Of a stretch of 32,704 bases of DNA, positions 1-9,244 are shown piece by piece. Position 1 is the stretch's first letter; each line of letters opens with the position of its first letter. Source of the DNA: a virus. The stretch lies in UHGV virus genome UHGV-0173505, one strand, 5' to 3'. Both the position numbers and the translations under genes were made by a program. Below the pieces are notes generated by a model. It did no database searches and was not told the origin of the DNA. It saw only the letters and a list, made by a program, of their open reading frames with translations.

Positions 1-98
1 ATGCGTTTATTGAGGGGATGACGCTGCATTTTGTCACCGACCGTAAGCCGCTATCACGCGAGGAGATTTTGAGGATGGTTGAGAGGATTGCTGGGTAG
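1..98 (+). CDS. 3' end of a host gene truncated by the window start (C-terminus ...[13 protein letters not shown], stop TAG 96-98)
   Basis: Open frame 3 from the window edge to TAG at 96-98, lying outside the left att repeat; product not recognised. Confidence 0.3.
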   Translation, partial: AFIEGMTLHFVTDRKPLSREEILRMVERIAG

Positions 99-101
99 TA
101 G

Positions 102-128
102 ATAAATTTCAGGCAACAAAAAACCCAT
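102..128. repeat. attL core: 27-bp direct repeat ATAAATTTCAGGCAACAAAAAACCCAT
   Basis: Matches 32637-32663 at 26 of 27 positions (G/A at position 12); about 450 bp beyond the int stop; P2 core is also 27 bp. Confidence 0.65.
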
Positions 129-143
129 TTATGTAAATGGGTT
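116..143 (-). terminator. Rho-independent terminator for leftward transcripts (stem AACCCATTTA/TAAATGGGTT, T-tract on the minus strand)
   Basis: Perfect 10-bp inverted repeat with 2-nt loop at 122-143 preceded on the plus strand by an A-run; half of the stem is contributed by the att core. Confidence 0.5.
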
Positions 144-220
144 AATGGAAACAATAAGTTAGAGTAAAAACAATAAGTTGGGTTGGTGGTCAGTGGTGGT
201 GATTACGGGGTAATGCCAAC

Positions 221-243
221 CGCTGCCGCCACTTTGTCGCCAC
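221..243. repeat. 22-bp arm repeat CGCTGCCGCCACTTTGTCGCCA (candidate arm-type Int binding region, P' arm)
   Basis: Second copy at 32573-32594 with one mismatch; the two copies lie 92 bp and 41 bp inside the two core repeats, in the same orientation. Confidence 0.4.
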
Positions 244-248
244 TTGTT

Positions 249-518
249 TTACCTTAGACGCCATGGGCCCCTATCTTCAATCTGTTCGACTAACCCCTCC
301 TCTTCTAGTTCACGCAATAGTGCAACAACCCAATATTGTTGGTTCGAACTTGTGGCTTTCCGTTTTTCTCCCCAATCGAGGCCGCTTAGACGAAATACCT
401 CAGCTTGCTTAACGCCGTTGCCGTTTTTTTGGGCATCTGGGTGAGTTTTAAGTACGGATAAAGCCAATTCTTTGGCTCTGTTGCGCAATTCCGCTCCCTG
501 ATGCTGAAACTTATTCAT
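249..518 (-). CDS. Hypothetical 89-aa protein between attL and int (accessory gene; basic C-terminus, possible DNA-binding)
   Basis: Complete ORF with ATG at 518 and weak GGAG upstream; followed by the terminator at 116-143; no family recognised. Confidence 0.4.
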   Translation of the reverse strand: MNKFQHQGAELRNRAKELALSVLKTHPDAQKNGNGVKQAEVFRLSGLDWGEKRKATSSNQQYWVVALLRELEEEGLVEQIEDRGPWRLR

Positions 519-576
519 TGATAGTGCTCCATGTGAAAAAAAAGAATATTAGCTCAACAGGGCAAAATACGCATTT

Positions 577-1608
577 TCAAAAACTTGCTATTGATGTTGG
601 TAGTGTTGCCAGCGGATTAAACCGTAATGCAGTTTCCAGGTGATCCGGTGCTAGATGTGCGTAACGCATAGTCATTTTTATGTCGTGATGTCCGAGGATT
701 TTTTGCAAAGCAAGGATATTTCCACCCGACATCATAAAATGCGCCGCAAACGTATGGCGCAGAACGTGTGTCAGTTGACCGCGAGGGAGCACGATAGACG
801 TTTTTTCCATCACGGATAAAAATTGAAAATAGCAGTCTGTGAAGAAATTGAACCCATCGAGCGCCATGATCTCTTCGTAAAGCTCTTTACTGATAGGGAT
901 GCTTCTGTTTTTCTTCCCCTTCGTTCTGACAAAGGTAATTCGGTATTTGGTCACCTGTGAGCGGGTAAGGTTTATTGCTTCTCGCCAGCGTGCGCCTGTG
1001 CTTAAGCATATCTTGACTACCAGTGCCAGAATTGGGTCCTGACGTTTGCAATCATCCAGCAGTTCAACAATCTGCTCATGGGTAAGCCATGCCATCTCTT
1101 TTTCTGCGATGGTGAATTTTCGCATGTTCTCCAGTGGGTTTGGATACGACCATTCGCCCAGGCGGGATAGTTCGCTAAAAACACTACTTAGATAGCTTTG
1201 CTCCAGGTTAATGGTGACCGGGCTGGCCCCTTTCTTCCATTTCTCGCTGAAGTAGATCTCACCTGTCAGTCGTTTATCTCGATAATGGGCAAACATTTTA
1301 GATGTGAGATCGGTTGCAAGGGGATTGCCCAGAGCGTCAACCATCAGCAGCAATTTGTCATAGACATGCTGCCCAGCAGTCAGAGATTTACCATGTAGTT
1401 TGAACCATAGCTCAACCACGTCTTTCAGGGTTCGACGATCTACTGATTCGCCCAGCCAGGGCTTTGCTTCGGTTTCTTCCATCGTGTGACGCTCAAAAGC
1501 CAGTGCTTCGCCTTTGGTGGCGAATTGTTTACGCACACGACGCCCACTACGTCCGGCGGGGTAACATTCGCAAAGCCATTTTCCTGTGGTGAGTTTTCGT
1601 ACTGCCAT
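577..1608 (-). CDS. int: Tyrosine integrase, P2/186 type
   Basis: C-terminal R...HxxR...Y catalytic motifs (LRHTFAAHF...MTMRYAHL); start moved to ATG at 1608 (MAVRKL...) with GGAGGG RBS; the track ORF extends further upstream to 1686. Confidence 0.9.
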   Translation of the reverse strand: MAVRKLTTGKWLCECYPAGRSGRRVRKQFATKGEALAFERHTMEETEAKPWLGESVDRRTLKDVVELWFKLHGKSLTAGQHVYDKLLLMVDALGNPLATDLTSKMFAHYRDKRLTGEIYFSEKWKKGASPVTINLEQSYLSSVFSELSRLGEWSYPNPLENMRKFTIAEKEMAWLTHEQIVELLDDCKRQDPILALVVKICLSTGARWREAINLTRSQVTKYRITFVRTKGKKNRSIPISKELYEEIMALDGFNFFTDCYFQFLSVMEKTSIVLPRGQLTHVLRHTFAAHFMMSGGNILALQKILGHHDIKMTMRYAHLAPDHLETALRFNPLATLPTSIASF

Positions 1609-1794
1609 AAAAAATGCCCTCCAATAGAGAGCATTTTTACTGTATGTATAACCAGTGTCAATGTATGAAATCTTGCGACCATACATCTCACTGAAGCCAT
1701 AATGAAGTTGGCTATTTTTTGCTATGTGAGTATGTGACTTTTGCGGTTAGCCTGCGGCTCATTGTTATATTAGGCGCAGATATAAAAGCAAAAA

Positions 1795-1986
1795 TTATCG
1801 CGAGTTTTTAGTACAGATTTTTTTTGATTTACTAATGGTTCCATCATTGCAAACGAACTTTCCATCGGAGGTACAGTGAGAGACACCTCCCTTTTTCCCA
1901 GAACAAGGATAATTTTTAGCATAGGTAGTTAGTGGGTTTAATAACAAAGAGCATGATAAAACCACAAAAAATACCTTACCAAGCAT
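1795..1986 (-). CDS. Small secreted cysteine-rich lysine-rich protein (63 aa; predicted signal peptide, cleavage after TYA)
   Basis: ATG at 1986 with GGGAG RBS 15 nt downstream of the cI stop; hydrophobic N-terminus then about 40 aa with 4 Cys and many Lys; AT-rich. Confidence 0.5.
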   Translation of the reverse strand: MLGKVFFVVLSCSLLLNPLTTYAKNYPCSGKKGGVSHCTSDGKFVCNDGTISKSKKICTKNSR

Positions 1987-2001
1987 AGTTTACTCCCGGT
2001 A

Positions 2002-2571
2002 TTACCTAACGTACTTAATTGTTAAACTTATAATTTTTCCAATTATTTCAACATCTTCTATCTTGCACTCGAAGGATCTGTTTCCACCTTCAACGAAGAT
2101 TCTTCCACCGGGTAAACGAGTAATGTCGCGGATTGTTATTTCGCCATCAATACTTATTACCCATTTACCATCACGTATATCATCAAATTCTTTATCACAA
2201 ATAAATTCAGAATTGTTATCTGTGATGACAAAAGGTTTTTTAAACGTAGAGGGTAGAAATCCCTTATCAAAAATATAAAAACCGTCTTCACGCAAGGCAC
2301 CATCAGATAATACATACTTAGCAACTTCCATCGTATTTGTATTACCTGAAGTTTGCTTTGAACCATGTCCAGTTGTGAGCCAATTAAGCGAGGTGCCCGT
2401 TTCAAGGGCGCACTGGATTACCCATTCTGCTGGGAATGAGTCACGCATGTAGCGTGTAGCGAGTGTACTTTTAGAGATTCCTAAATGATCGCACAACGCC
2501 TGTCGAGTTTTGAATCCATAAGCTTCTACCATGCGCTCTATAGCGCCTCGTCCGCCTTTCTCCAAATTCAT
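2002..2571 (-). CDS. cI: 186-type CI immunity repressor (N-terminal HTH, non-autocleaving C-terminal domain)
   Basis: About 190 aa, HTH near the N-terminus (ALCDHLGISKSTLATRYMR), divergent from apl/cII; no Ala-Gly/Ser-Lys LexA-type motif seen; ATG at 2571. Confidence 0.75.
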   Translation of the reverse strand: MNLEKGGRGAIERMVEAYGFKTRQALCDHLGISKSTLATRYMRDSFPAEWVIQCALETGTSLNWLTTGHGSKQTSGNTNTMEVAKYVLSDGALREDGFYIFDKGFLPSTFKKPFVITDNNSEFICDKEFDDIRDGKWVISIDGEITIRDITRLPGGRIFVEGGNRSFECKIEDVEIIGKIISLTIKYVR

Positions 2572-2577
2572 GGTCAC

Positions 2578-2696
2578 TCCAAGTGAACTTTTATCTTGAC
2601 GATTTCATGATGCGATCGTATGTTTATGGTGTTCACAAAATACAAACGATCCGTATTCGTCCTGATTAATCATCATTAAACGAGGAATGTTGCATC
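2578..2696. promoter_or_regulatory. Immunity switch region between cI and apl (lytic and lysogenic promoters and operators expected)
   Basis: Intergenic region between divergent cI and apl; TTGACG (2596-2601), 17-nt spacer, TATGTT is a candidate rightward promoter; AT-rich partial palindromes. Confidence 0.35.
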
Positions 2697-2918
2697 ATGA
2701 GACCTAACATTTCAATCACTCTTACCACGCCTCATGTGACTATTGAACGCTATAGCGAGCTGACAGGACTGTCCATCGATACCATCAATGACATGTTGGC
2801 TGATGGACGCCTTATCCGTCACCGTTTGCGTAAAGATAAAAAACGCGAAAAAGTGATGATCAACATAGCAGCCATGACCGTTGATGCGCTTTCAGAATGC
2901 AATCTAAACCTTAATTAG
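2697..2918 (+). CDS. Apl/Cox-like excisionase and lytic-switch regulator
   Basis: 73-aa basic protein, first gene of the rightward operon opposite cI, as 186 apl / P2 cox. Confidence 0.5.
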   Translation: MRPNISITLTTPHVTIERYSELTGLSIDTINDMLADGRLIRHRLRKDKKREKVMINIAAMTVDALSECNLNLN

Positions 2919-2950
2919 TTCGATTCTGAAATACATCAGAGGCATTGACC

Positions 2951-3460
2951 ATGTTTGATTACCAAGTTTCCAAACATCCACATTTTGATGAAGCCTGTCG
3001 TGCATTTGCACTGCGCCACAATCTGGTGCAACTGGCAGAACGTGCAGGCATGAATGTGCAGATTCTGCGGAACAAGCTGAACCCAGCTCAGCCTCATTTA
3101 TTAACCGCACCAGAAATCTGGCTGCTTACCGATCTGACTGAAGATTCAACGCTGGTAGATGGTTTTCTGGCACAGATTCACTGCCTGCCATGTGTACCGA
3201 TTAATGAGGTTGCAAAAGAGAAACTGCCGCATTACGTCATGAGCGCAACTGCAGAGATCGGACGTGTTGCAGCAGGTGCGGTATCTGGTGATGTAAAAAC
3301 TAGTGCCGGTCGTCGTGATGCTATCAGCAGCATTAACTCTGTAACACGACTGATGGCGCTGGCTGCTGTTTCATTGCAGGCCCGTTTACAGGCTAATCCT
3401 GCGATGGCGAGTGCAGTTGATACCGTGACTGGCCTCGGTGCTTCATTCGGTTTGCTGTGA
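2951..3460 (+). CDS. cII: CII-like lysogeny establishment regulator (186 CII type)
   Basis: 169 aa from ATG 2951 ([23 protein letters not shown]...), same position and size as 186 CII; track ORF starts at an upstream TTG. Confidence 0.65.
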   Translation: MFDYQVSKHPHFDEACRAFALRHNLVQLAERAGMNVQILRNKLNPAQPHLLTAPEIWLLTDLTEDSTLVDGFLAQIHCLPCVPINEVAKEKLPHYVMSATAEIGRVAAGAVSGDVKTSAGRRDAISSINSVTRLMALAAVSLQARLQANPAMASAVDTVTGLGASFGLL

Positions 3461-3467
3461 GGTGCTT

Positions 3468-3668
3468 ATGCTGACGAAAGAACCATCATTTGCATCGCTG
3501 CTGGTAAAACAAAGCCCGGCAATGCACTACGGTCACGGCTGGATCATGGGTGAGGATGGTAAACGCTGGCATCCGTGCCGTTCACAAGATGAATTGCTGG
3601 CAGAACTATCTACGAAAAAACGGGGGAACAAATGGCTATTGAAGGCGCTGCGGCGACTGTTCCATTAA
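3468..3668 (+). CDS. Hypothetical early protein (66 aa)
   Basis: ATG 3468 with GAGGTG RBS directly after cII; position of 186 fil/dhr-type early genes. Confidence 0.4.
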   Translation: MLTKEPSFASLLVKQSPAMHYGHGWIMGEDGKRWHPCRSQDELLAELSTKKRGNKWLLKALRRLFH

Positions 3669-3973
3669 GCCCCGGTGAACGCCTGAATGGACTTAATCAC
3701 ATAGCGGAATTAAGGGCGAAAGTTTTTGGCCTGAATATTGAGTCAGAGCTTGAGCGGTTTATTAAAGATATGCGTGATCCACGGGATATCAATAACGAAC
3801 AAAATAAACGAGCACTGGCAGCCATATTCTTTATGGCAAAAATTCCGGCTGAACGTCATAGCATCAGCATCAATGAGCTGACCACTGACGAAAAGCGGGA
3901 GTTGATTAAAGCAATGAATCATTTTCGTGCAGTGGTGAGCTTATTTCCCAGACGGCTAACCATGCCGAATTAA
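3632..3973 (+). CDS. Hypothetical early protein (113 aa)
   Basis: ATG 3632 preceded by GGGGGAAC; overlaps the preceding gene by 37 nt. Confidence 0.45.
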   Translation: MAIEGAAATVPLSPGERLNGLNHIAELRAKVFGLNIESELERFIKDMRDPRDINNEQNKRALAAIFFMAKIPAERHSISINELTTDEKRELIKAMNHFRAVVSLFPRRLTMPN

Positions 3974-4040
3974 CCAACTAATGAAATTAATGGCGTAAAC
4001 CCGCCGGGTATCCCTTTATCTAAATTCAGGAGAATTGATT

Positions 4041-4274
4041 ATGCGTAATATTGAAATCCTCACGACTAAAACCGGACCGGATGATGCAGGGCTTAATATT
4101 TTACTGACAGAGGCTCGTCTGGAAGAACGCCGGGCAAGGGCTGAAGCAATGGCAGCTCGCCTTGATAGCCTGGCGTGTCATATCTCATCCCGTCAGCTAA
4201 ACCACGTGGAAGCGGCAGAACTGCTGCGTGTGACTGCTGAAGCAATCCAGAACGAAGCGCAGGAGATCCACTAA
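4041..4274 (+). CDS. Hypothetical early protein (77 aa)
   Basis: ATG 4041 with AGGAG RBS at a 9-nt spacing. Confidence 0.5.
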   Translation: MRNIEILTTKTGPDDAGLNILLTEARLEERRARAEAMAARLDSLACHISSRQLNHVEAAELLRVTAEAIQNEAQEIH

Positions 4275-4501
4275 TGGCTGATGCAATGGATCTCGTACAG
4301 CAGCGCGTTGAAGAAGAACGCCAGCGCCATATCCGTGCTGCCCGTGCCAAAACACCGGGCGTGTCTCGCGTGCTTTGCATTGAGTGTGAAGCGCCAATTC
4401 CGCCAGCACGCCGCCGTGCCATTCCGGGTGTGCAGCTTTGCATTACCTGTCAGGAAATCGCAGAGCTGAAAGGCAAACATTACAACGGAGGTGCTGTATG
4501 A
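4274..4501 (+). CDS. TraR/DksA-family C4 zinc-finger protein
   Basis: CIECEAPIP...(17 aa)...CITCQ, a CxxC-N17-CxxC motif in a 75-aa protein; AGGAG RBS; position of P2 orf82-type genes. Confidence 0.7.
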   Translation: MADAMDLVQQRVEEERQRHIRAARAKTPGVSRVLCIECEAPIPPARRRAIPGVQLCITCQEIAELKGKHYNGGAV

Positions 4502-5352
4502 GCACTATCCTGAAATGGGCGGGAAATAAAACCGCCATAATGTCCGAACTGAAAAAACACCTTCCTGCTGGCCCGCGACTGGTTGAACCTTTCGCGGGTT
4601 CCTGTGCTGTGATGATGGAGACGGATTACCCCAGCTATCTGGTTGCGGATATTAATCCTGATTTAATCAACCTCTATAAAAAGGTTGCCGCTGATTGTGA
4701 ATCGTTTATATCTCGCGCCAGAGTTTTATTTGAGATCGCAAACAGGGAGGTGGCTTATTACAACATAAGGCAGGAGTTTAATTACTCCACTGAAATTACT
4801 GATTTCATGAAAGCGGTATATTTTCTGTATCTCAATCGTCACGGTTACCGTGGTTTATGCCGCTATAACAAGAGCGGGCATTTCAACATTCCCTACGGTA
4901 ATTATAAAAATCCGTATTTCCCTGAAAAAGAAATTCGCGCATTTGCAGAAAAAGCCCAGCGGGCAACGTTTTTCTGCGCCAGCTTTGATGAAACGCTGGC
5001 GATGTTGAAGGCGGGGGATGTGGTGTATTGCGATCCGCCGTATGACGGTACGTTTTCCGGCTATCACACTGATGGTTTCACTGAAGATGACCAGTATCAC
5101 CTGGCATCCGTTCTTGAACATCGAGCATCTGAAGGACATCCGGTCATTGTTTCTAACAGTGACACGTCTTTGACCCGGTCTCTTTATCGTAATTTCACTC
5201 ACCACTACATCAGGGCGAAACGCAGCATCGGCGTTGCAGCGGGGGAGGGAAAATTTGCAACAGAGATGATTGCCACTAAATCTGCTAATTGGTTTAGTGC
5301 CGATTTTAGTAGGGGACGTGACTCTACTGTTATTTTCGGGGTGCAAGTGTGA
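4498..5352 (+). CDS. dam: DNA adenine methyltransferase (Dam family, GATC-type)
   Basis: DPPY catalytic motif ([10 protein letters not shown]), FAGSCAV AdoMet-binding motif, N-terminal ILKWAGNK; ATG 4498 with GGAGGTG RBS. Confidence 0.85.
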   Translation: MSTILKWAGNKTAIMSELKKHLPAGPRLVEPFAGSCAVMMETDYPSYLVADINPDLINLYKKVAADCESFISRARVLFEIANREVAYYNIRQEFNYSTEITDFMKAVYFLYLNRHGYRGLCRYNKSGHFNIPYGNYKNPYFPEKEIRAFAEKAQRATFFCASFDETLAMLKAGDVVYCDPPYDGTFSGYHTDGFTEDDQYHLASVLEHRASEGHPVIVSNSDTSLTRSLYRNFTHHYIRAKRSIGVAAGEGKFATEMIATKSANWFSADFSRGRDSTVIFGVQV

Positions 5353-6179
5353 AAGAAATGCACCACGGAATTCATCATTTCCATGGGACGCCTGTCTGGG
5401 GAAGTGCTGGCGACGTTCATCGTATTGCGGTGAGCGGAGCTGGTGCTTTCGTCTCCTATGTACGACCAGATCAGATTGCGGCGTCCATTCAGCACGCTCA
5501 GGTCGTTGGCATTGATAACGGCGCATTTTCTGCATGGGGGCGTGGGCTAAAAATTAACTGGAGTGATTTTTATAAATGGCTCCTGAACTATTACCACCAT
5601 CCTAAGGTCGCTTTTTTTGTCATTCCTGATGTTGTGGACGGAGGTGAACGTGACAATGATGCCCTGATAAACGAAGTTCCGAAAATGTTCTACGGGAAGG
5701 CAACTCCCGTCTGGCATCTGCACGAGTCAATCGATCGGCTTATCGAGCTATGTCGTGAATGGCCTCGTGTCTGCTTTGGATCGTCTGGTGAATATGCGGC
5801 TATTAGAACTGCGCACTGGCATCGTCGTATGCAGGACGCTTTTGAAGCAATTTATTGCCGACACAATTTCAAAACAGCTGTTCATGGTTTGCGCATGCTT
5901 GACGGTCGTGTGTTGGGAAATTACCCACTGGCGACTGCCGACAGTACAAATCTTGCCTGCAATGTCCCCAAATTTAATAGCAAATATCCTGAGCTTACGC
6001 GGGCTATTCAGGAGGCTGAGTATTCGCGCAATCTGACGGAAAAGGAGCTGAAAGCTGTCATTCTGAAAAACCGTTGCGCAATTTTAAAAGGTGCAATTGA
6101 AGCTGTTCGCCCACCTTCAGTTTCTGACTGGCTGTCGAATGGTTTGCAGCCTTCACAGCTCGAACTGGAGATTGCGTAA
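5349..6179 (+). CDS. Hypothetical protein, possibly a TGT-fold (DpdA-like) DNA-base transglycosylase
   Basis: Translationally coupled to dam (GTGA overlap); motifs [25 protein letters not shown] loosely parallel TGT TDSGGFQ, FDEC, DMFDCV; no CxCxxC...H zinc motif. Confidence 0.3.
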   Translation: MKEMHHGIHHFHGTPVWGSAGDVHRIAVSGAGAFVSYVRPDQIAASIQHAQVVGIDNGAFSAWGRGLKINWSDFYKWLLNYYHHPKVAFFVIPDVVDGGERDNDALINEVPKMFYGKATPVWHLHESIDRLIELCREWPRVCFGSSGEYAAIRTAHWHRRMQDAFEAIYCRHNFKTAVHGLRMLDGRVLGNYPLATADSTNLACNVPKFNSKYPELTRAIQEAEYSRNLTEKELKAVILKNRCAILKGAIEAVRPPSVSDWLSNGLQPSQLELEIA

Positions 6180-8551
6180 TGAACTACAGCTATTCCTGGA
6201 ATGCTGAGAAAAAAGCAATCAATCCTTACGTAGAGACAGAAGAGCAATCTTCAGTTTCTGCGCTTTCAAACCTGATCGCTCTGTACGCTGCCGATAACGA
6301 GCAGGAACACCTGCGCCGCGAGGTACTGAGTGATCAGGTCTGGGAGCGTTATTTCTTTAATGAATCCCGTGATCCTGTCCAGCGCGAAATGGAGCAGGAT
6401 AAGCTCATTAGTCGGGCAAAGCTGGCGCATGAGCAGCAGCGTTTTAATCCAGATATGGTCATTCTGGCGGACGTCAATGCCCAGCCTTCCCATATCAGCA
6501 AGCCGCTGATGCAACGTATTGAATACTTCAGCAGCCTTGGCAGGCCAAAGGCTTATTCCCGCTATTTGCGTGAGACGATTAAGCCATGTCTGGAACGGCT
6601 GGAGCATGTACGCGACAGTCAGCTATCCACTTCTTTTCGCTTTATGGCAAGCCATGAAGGGCTGGACGGCCTGCTGATTCTGCCTGAAATGAGTCAGGAT
6701 CAGGTGAAACGCCTGTCCACCCTGGTAGCTGCGCATATGAGTATGTGCCTTGATGTAGCTTGTGGTGATTTGTATGCCACCGATGATGTTAAGCCAGAAG
6801 AAATCCGCAAGACATGGGAAAAGGTGGCTGCAGAAACCCTGCGACTGGATGTCATACCGCCTGCGTTTGAGCAACTCCGCCGGAAAAGAAACCGCCGCAA
6901 ACCTGTGCCTTATGAACTCATTCCGGGTTCGCTGGCGCGTATGCTGTGCGCCGACTGGTGGTATCGGAAATTATGGAAGATGCGTTGCGAATGGCGGGAA
7001 GAGCAGTTGCGTGCTGTCTGCCTGGTCAGCAAAAAAGCATCTCCCTATGTCAGCTATGAAGCCGTGATGCATAAACGTGAGCAGCGCCGTAAGTCGCTGG
7101 AGTTTTTCCGTTCTCATGAACTGGTGAACGAAGACGGCGACACGCTGAACATGGAGGATGTGGTAAACGCCAGCAGCAGCAACCCGGCGCATCGCCGCAA
7201 CGAGATGATGGCCTGTGTTAAAGGCCTGGAGCTTATCGCGGAAATGCGTGGTGACTGCGCCGTTTTCTACACCATCACCTGTCCGTCACGTTTCCATTCC
7301 ACGCTAAATAACGGCAGGCCAAACCCGACCTGGACCAACGCGACAGTAAGACAAAGCAGTGATTATTTGGTCGGCATGTTTGCTGCATTTCGTAAGGCGA
7401 TGCACAAAGCCGGATTGCGCTGGTATGGCGTGCGGGTGGCTGAGCCGCATCATGACGGTACAGTTCACTGGCACCTGTTGTGTTTTATGCGCAAAAAAGA
7501 CCGCCGCGCCATCACTGCATTACTGCGTAAGTTTGCCATTCGTGAAGACCGCGAGGAGCTGGGTAATAACACGGGACCACGCTTTAAGTCTGAGCTGATA
7601 AACCCGCGCAAAGGTACGCCAACAAGCTACATCGCGAAATACATCAGTAAGAACATTGACGGGCGTGGTCTGGCTGGTGAGATCAGCAAGGAAACGGGTA
7701 AATCCCTGCGTGATAACGCTGAATACGTTAATGCCTGGGCGTCTCTGCATCGTGTTCAGCAATTCCGCTTCTTTGGTATTCCGGGGCGTCAGGCTTACCG
7801 TGAACTGCGATTGCTGGCTGGTCAGGCGGCAAGGCAACAGGGGGACAAAAAAGCAGGTGCGCCGGTACTGGATAACCCGCGCCTTGATGCCATCCTGGCT
7901 GCTGCTGATGCTGGCTGTTTTGCCACCTACATCATGAAGCAGGGCGGCGTACTGGTTCCCCGCAAATATCACCTCATCAGAACCGCTTATGAAATTAACG
8001 AAGAGCCGACCGCCTATGGCGATCACGGTATTCGTATTTATGGCATCTGGTCACCCATTGCAGAGGGTAAGATCTGCACTCATGCAGTGAAGTGGAAAAT
8101 GGTTCGTAAAGCCGTTGACGTTCAGGAGGCGGCAGCCGACCAGGGCGCTTGCGCCCCTTGGACTCGTGGCAATAACTGTCCCCTTGCTGAAAATTTGCCC
8201 CAACAAGGGAAAGACAAATCAGCTGATGGGGATACCAGAACGGATATCACCCGTATGAATGACAAGGAGTTGCACGATTACCTGCACAGTATGAGCAAAA
8301 AAGAGCGCCGGGAACTGACAGCAAGATTACGCCTGGTGAAACCGAAACGGCGTAAAGACTACAAACAGCGAATTACAGACCATCAGCGACAGCAGCTTGT
8401 CTATGAACTGAAGTCCAGAGGATTTGACGGCAGCGAGAAAGAGGTCGATTTACTCCTTCGCGGTGGCAGTATTCCGTCAGGAGCAGGCCTGCGTATCTTC
8501 TATCGGAACCAGCGTTTGCAGGAAGATGATAAGTGGCGGGATCTGTATTAA
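6179..8551 (+). CDS. A: Replication initiation endonuclease A (rolling-circle nickase)
   Basis: 790 aa; HUH-type motif (VHWHLLCF) and tyrosine motif (YIAKYISKN); position upstream of the tum/cos region. Confidence 0.85.
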   Translation: MNYSYSWNAEKKAINPYVETEEQSSVSALSNLIALYAADNEQEHLRREVLSDQVWERYFFNESRDPVQREMEQDKLISRAKLAHEQQRFNPDMVILADVNAQPSHISKPLMQRIEYFSSLGRPKAYSRYLRETIKPCLERLEHVRDSQLSTSFRFMASHEGLDGLLILPEMSQDQVKRLSTLVAAHMSMCLDVACGDLYATDDVKPEEIRKTWEKVAAETLRLDVIPPAFEQLRRKRNRRKPVPYELIPGSLARMLCADWWYRKLWKMRCEWREEQLRAVCLVSKKASPYVSYEAVMHKREQRRKSLEFFRSHELVNEDGDTLNMEDVVNASSSNPAHRRNEMMACVKGLELIAEMRGDCAVFYTITCPSRFHSTLNNGRPNPTWTNATVRQSSDYLVGMFAAFRKAMHKAGLRWYGVRVAEPHHDGTVHWHLLCFMRKKDRRAITALLRKFAIREDREELGNNTGPRFKSELINPRKGTPTSYIAKYISKNIDGRGLAGEISKETGKSLRDNAEYVNAWASLHRVQQFRFFGIPGRQAYRELRLLAGQAARQQGDKKAGAPVLDNPRLDAILAAADAGCFATYIMKQGGVLVPRKYHLIRTAYEINEEPTAYGDHGIRIYGIWSPIAEGKICTHAVKWKMVRKAVDVQEAAADQGACAPWTRGNNCPLAENLPQQGKDKSADGDTRTDITRMNDKELHDYLHSMSKKERRELTARLRLVKPKRRKDYKQRITDHQRQQLVYELKSRGFDGSEKEVDLLLRGGSIPSGAGLRIFYRNQRLQEDDKWRDLY

Positions 8552-8620
8552 TTACGCGGGTTAACAATTCGTACTCTTAATAATACCAGGCATATCAGGC
8601 TGATGAACGTAAAAAAACGT

Positions 8621-8647
8621 TTTACATCAGTAAGATTATTATATACT
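8621..8647 (+). promoter_or_regulatory. Candidate sigma70 promoter for the tum/dinI-like operon
   Basis: TTTACA (8621-8626), about 15-nt spacer, TATACT (8642-8647); overlapped by a LexA box. Confidence 0.4.
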
Positions 8648-8663
8648 GTAAATATAAACAGTG
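8644..8663. promoter_or_regulatory. LexA (SOS) operator, TACTGTAAATATAAACAGTG
   Basis: Perfect CTGT-N8-ACAG with AT-rich spacer at 8646-8661, overlapping the -10 element. Confidence 0.7.
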
Positions 8664-8703
8664 GTTATGTATACAGTATTGCTTTGGTGTCATAGGAGGA
8701 AAG

Positions 8704-8892
8704 ATGCAGGACTATTTTTTGGAGTCTTTGAAGCTCCAGCGCATTGATTTTTTTCTTAAGCTTGTAGCGGCTAGTGAGTGTAGTGATGAAGAGAAGGGGC
8801 TGGCTCTGCAGTGGGTTTCTGAATTGACAGATGAACTCATGGCAAAAATCAGAAGCCACGAATACTGCCGGTCAATGGACGTCACCAGTTAA
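8704..8892 (+). CDS. Small SOS-controlled protein, candidate Tum-like antirepressor
   Basis: 62 aa, ATG 8704 with AGGAGGA RBS, directly downstream of the LexA box; position of 186 tum; assignment is by context. Confidence 0.4.
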   Translation: MQDYFLESLKLQRIDFFLKLVAASECSDEEKGLALQWVSELTDELMAKIRSHEYCRSMDVTS

Positions 8893-8903
8893 GGGGGATC
8901 TGT

Positions 8904-9137
8904 ATGCGCATTGAAATAATGATCGATAAAGAGCAGAAGATTAGCCAGTCTACACTGGACGCCCTTGAATCCGAGCTTTACCGTAATTTGCGCCCTCTGT
9001 ATCCCAAAACAGCAATTCGTATCCGTAAGGGCAGCGCCAATGGCGTTGAGCTGAGCGGGTTAAAACTGGATGAAGACAAAAAGCGAGTGATGGAAATTAT
9101 GCAGCAGGTCTGGGAGGACGACAGCTGGCTGCACTAA
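8904..9137 (+). CDS. DinI-family protein
   Basis: 77 aa starting MRIEIMIDK... and ending ...MEIMQQVWEDDSWLH; recalled from memory to resemble DinI in length and termini. Confidence 0.7.
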   Translation: MRIEIMIDKEQKISQSTLDALESELYRNLRPLYPKTAIRIRKGSANGVELSGLKLDEDKKRVMEIMQQVWEDDSWLH

Positions 9138-9244
9138 GTAACGTTGCGGGCGGCAGTACTTGATTCTGCCGTCGGCAAGGTTGAACAACGAGCAGGGCGA
9201 GGCGTTAGATAATAAATTACGGATTTTACAGCGGCTCGCTATTC

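Noticed and set aside
221-243. The 22-bp direct repeat (221-242 / 32573-32594) as the att core defining the prophage ends
   Set aside because: That would leave the 27-bp repeat duplicated in host DNA on both sides. Reading the 27-mer as the core gives a coherent picture: a reconstructed host terminator at attR, a phage-supplied terminator half at attL, and the 22-mers as arm sites on both arms. Retained as candidate arm-type Int sites.
2002-2571. CI as a LexA/lambda-type autocleaving repressor
   Set aside because: No Ala-Gly cleavage site or Ser...Lys dyad seen in the C-terminal half; the LexA-boxed tum/dinI-like module points to 186-style antirepressor induction instead.
4855-5535. 226-aa minus-strand ORF
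   Set aside because: Antisense to dam and the following ORF; no RBS; the sense-strand dam carries DPPY and AdoMet motifs.
8661-8681. Second LexA box (GTTATGTATACAGTA) just downstream of the first
   Set aside because: Only the ACAG half matches; the left half is TTAT rather than CTGT. At most a half-site.
9140-9180. Hairpin (CGGCAG...CTGCCG) between the convergent dinI-like and SIR2-like genes as a bidirectional terminator
   Set aside because: Short 6-bp stem with no U-tract on either strand; too weak to call.
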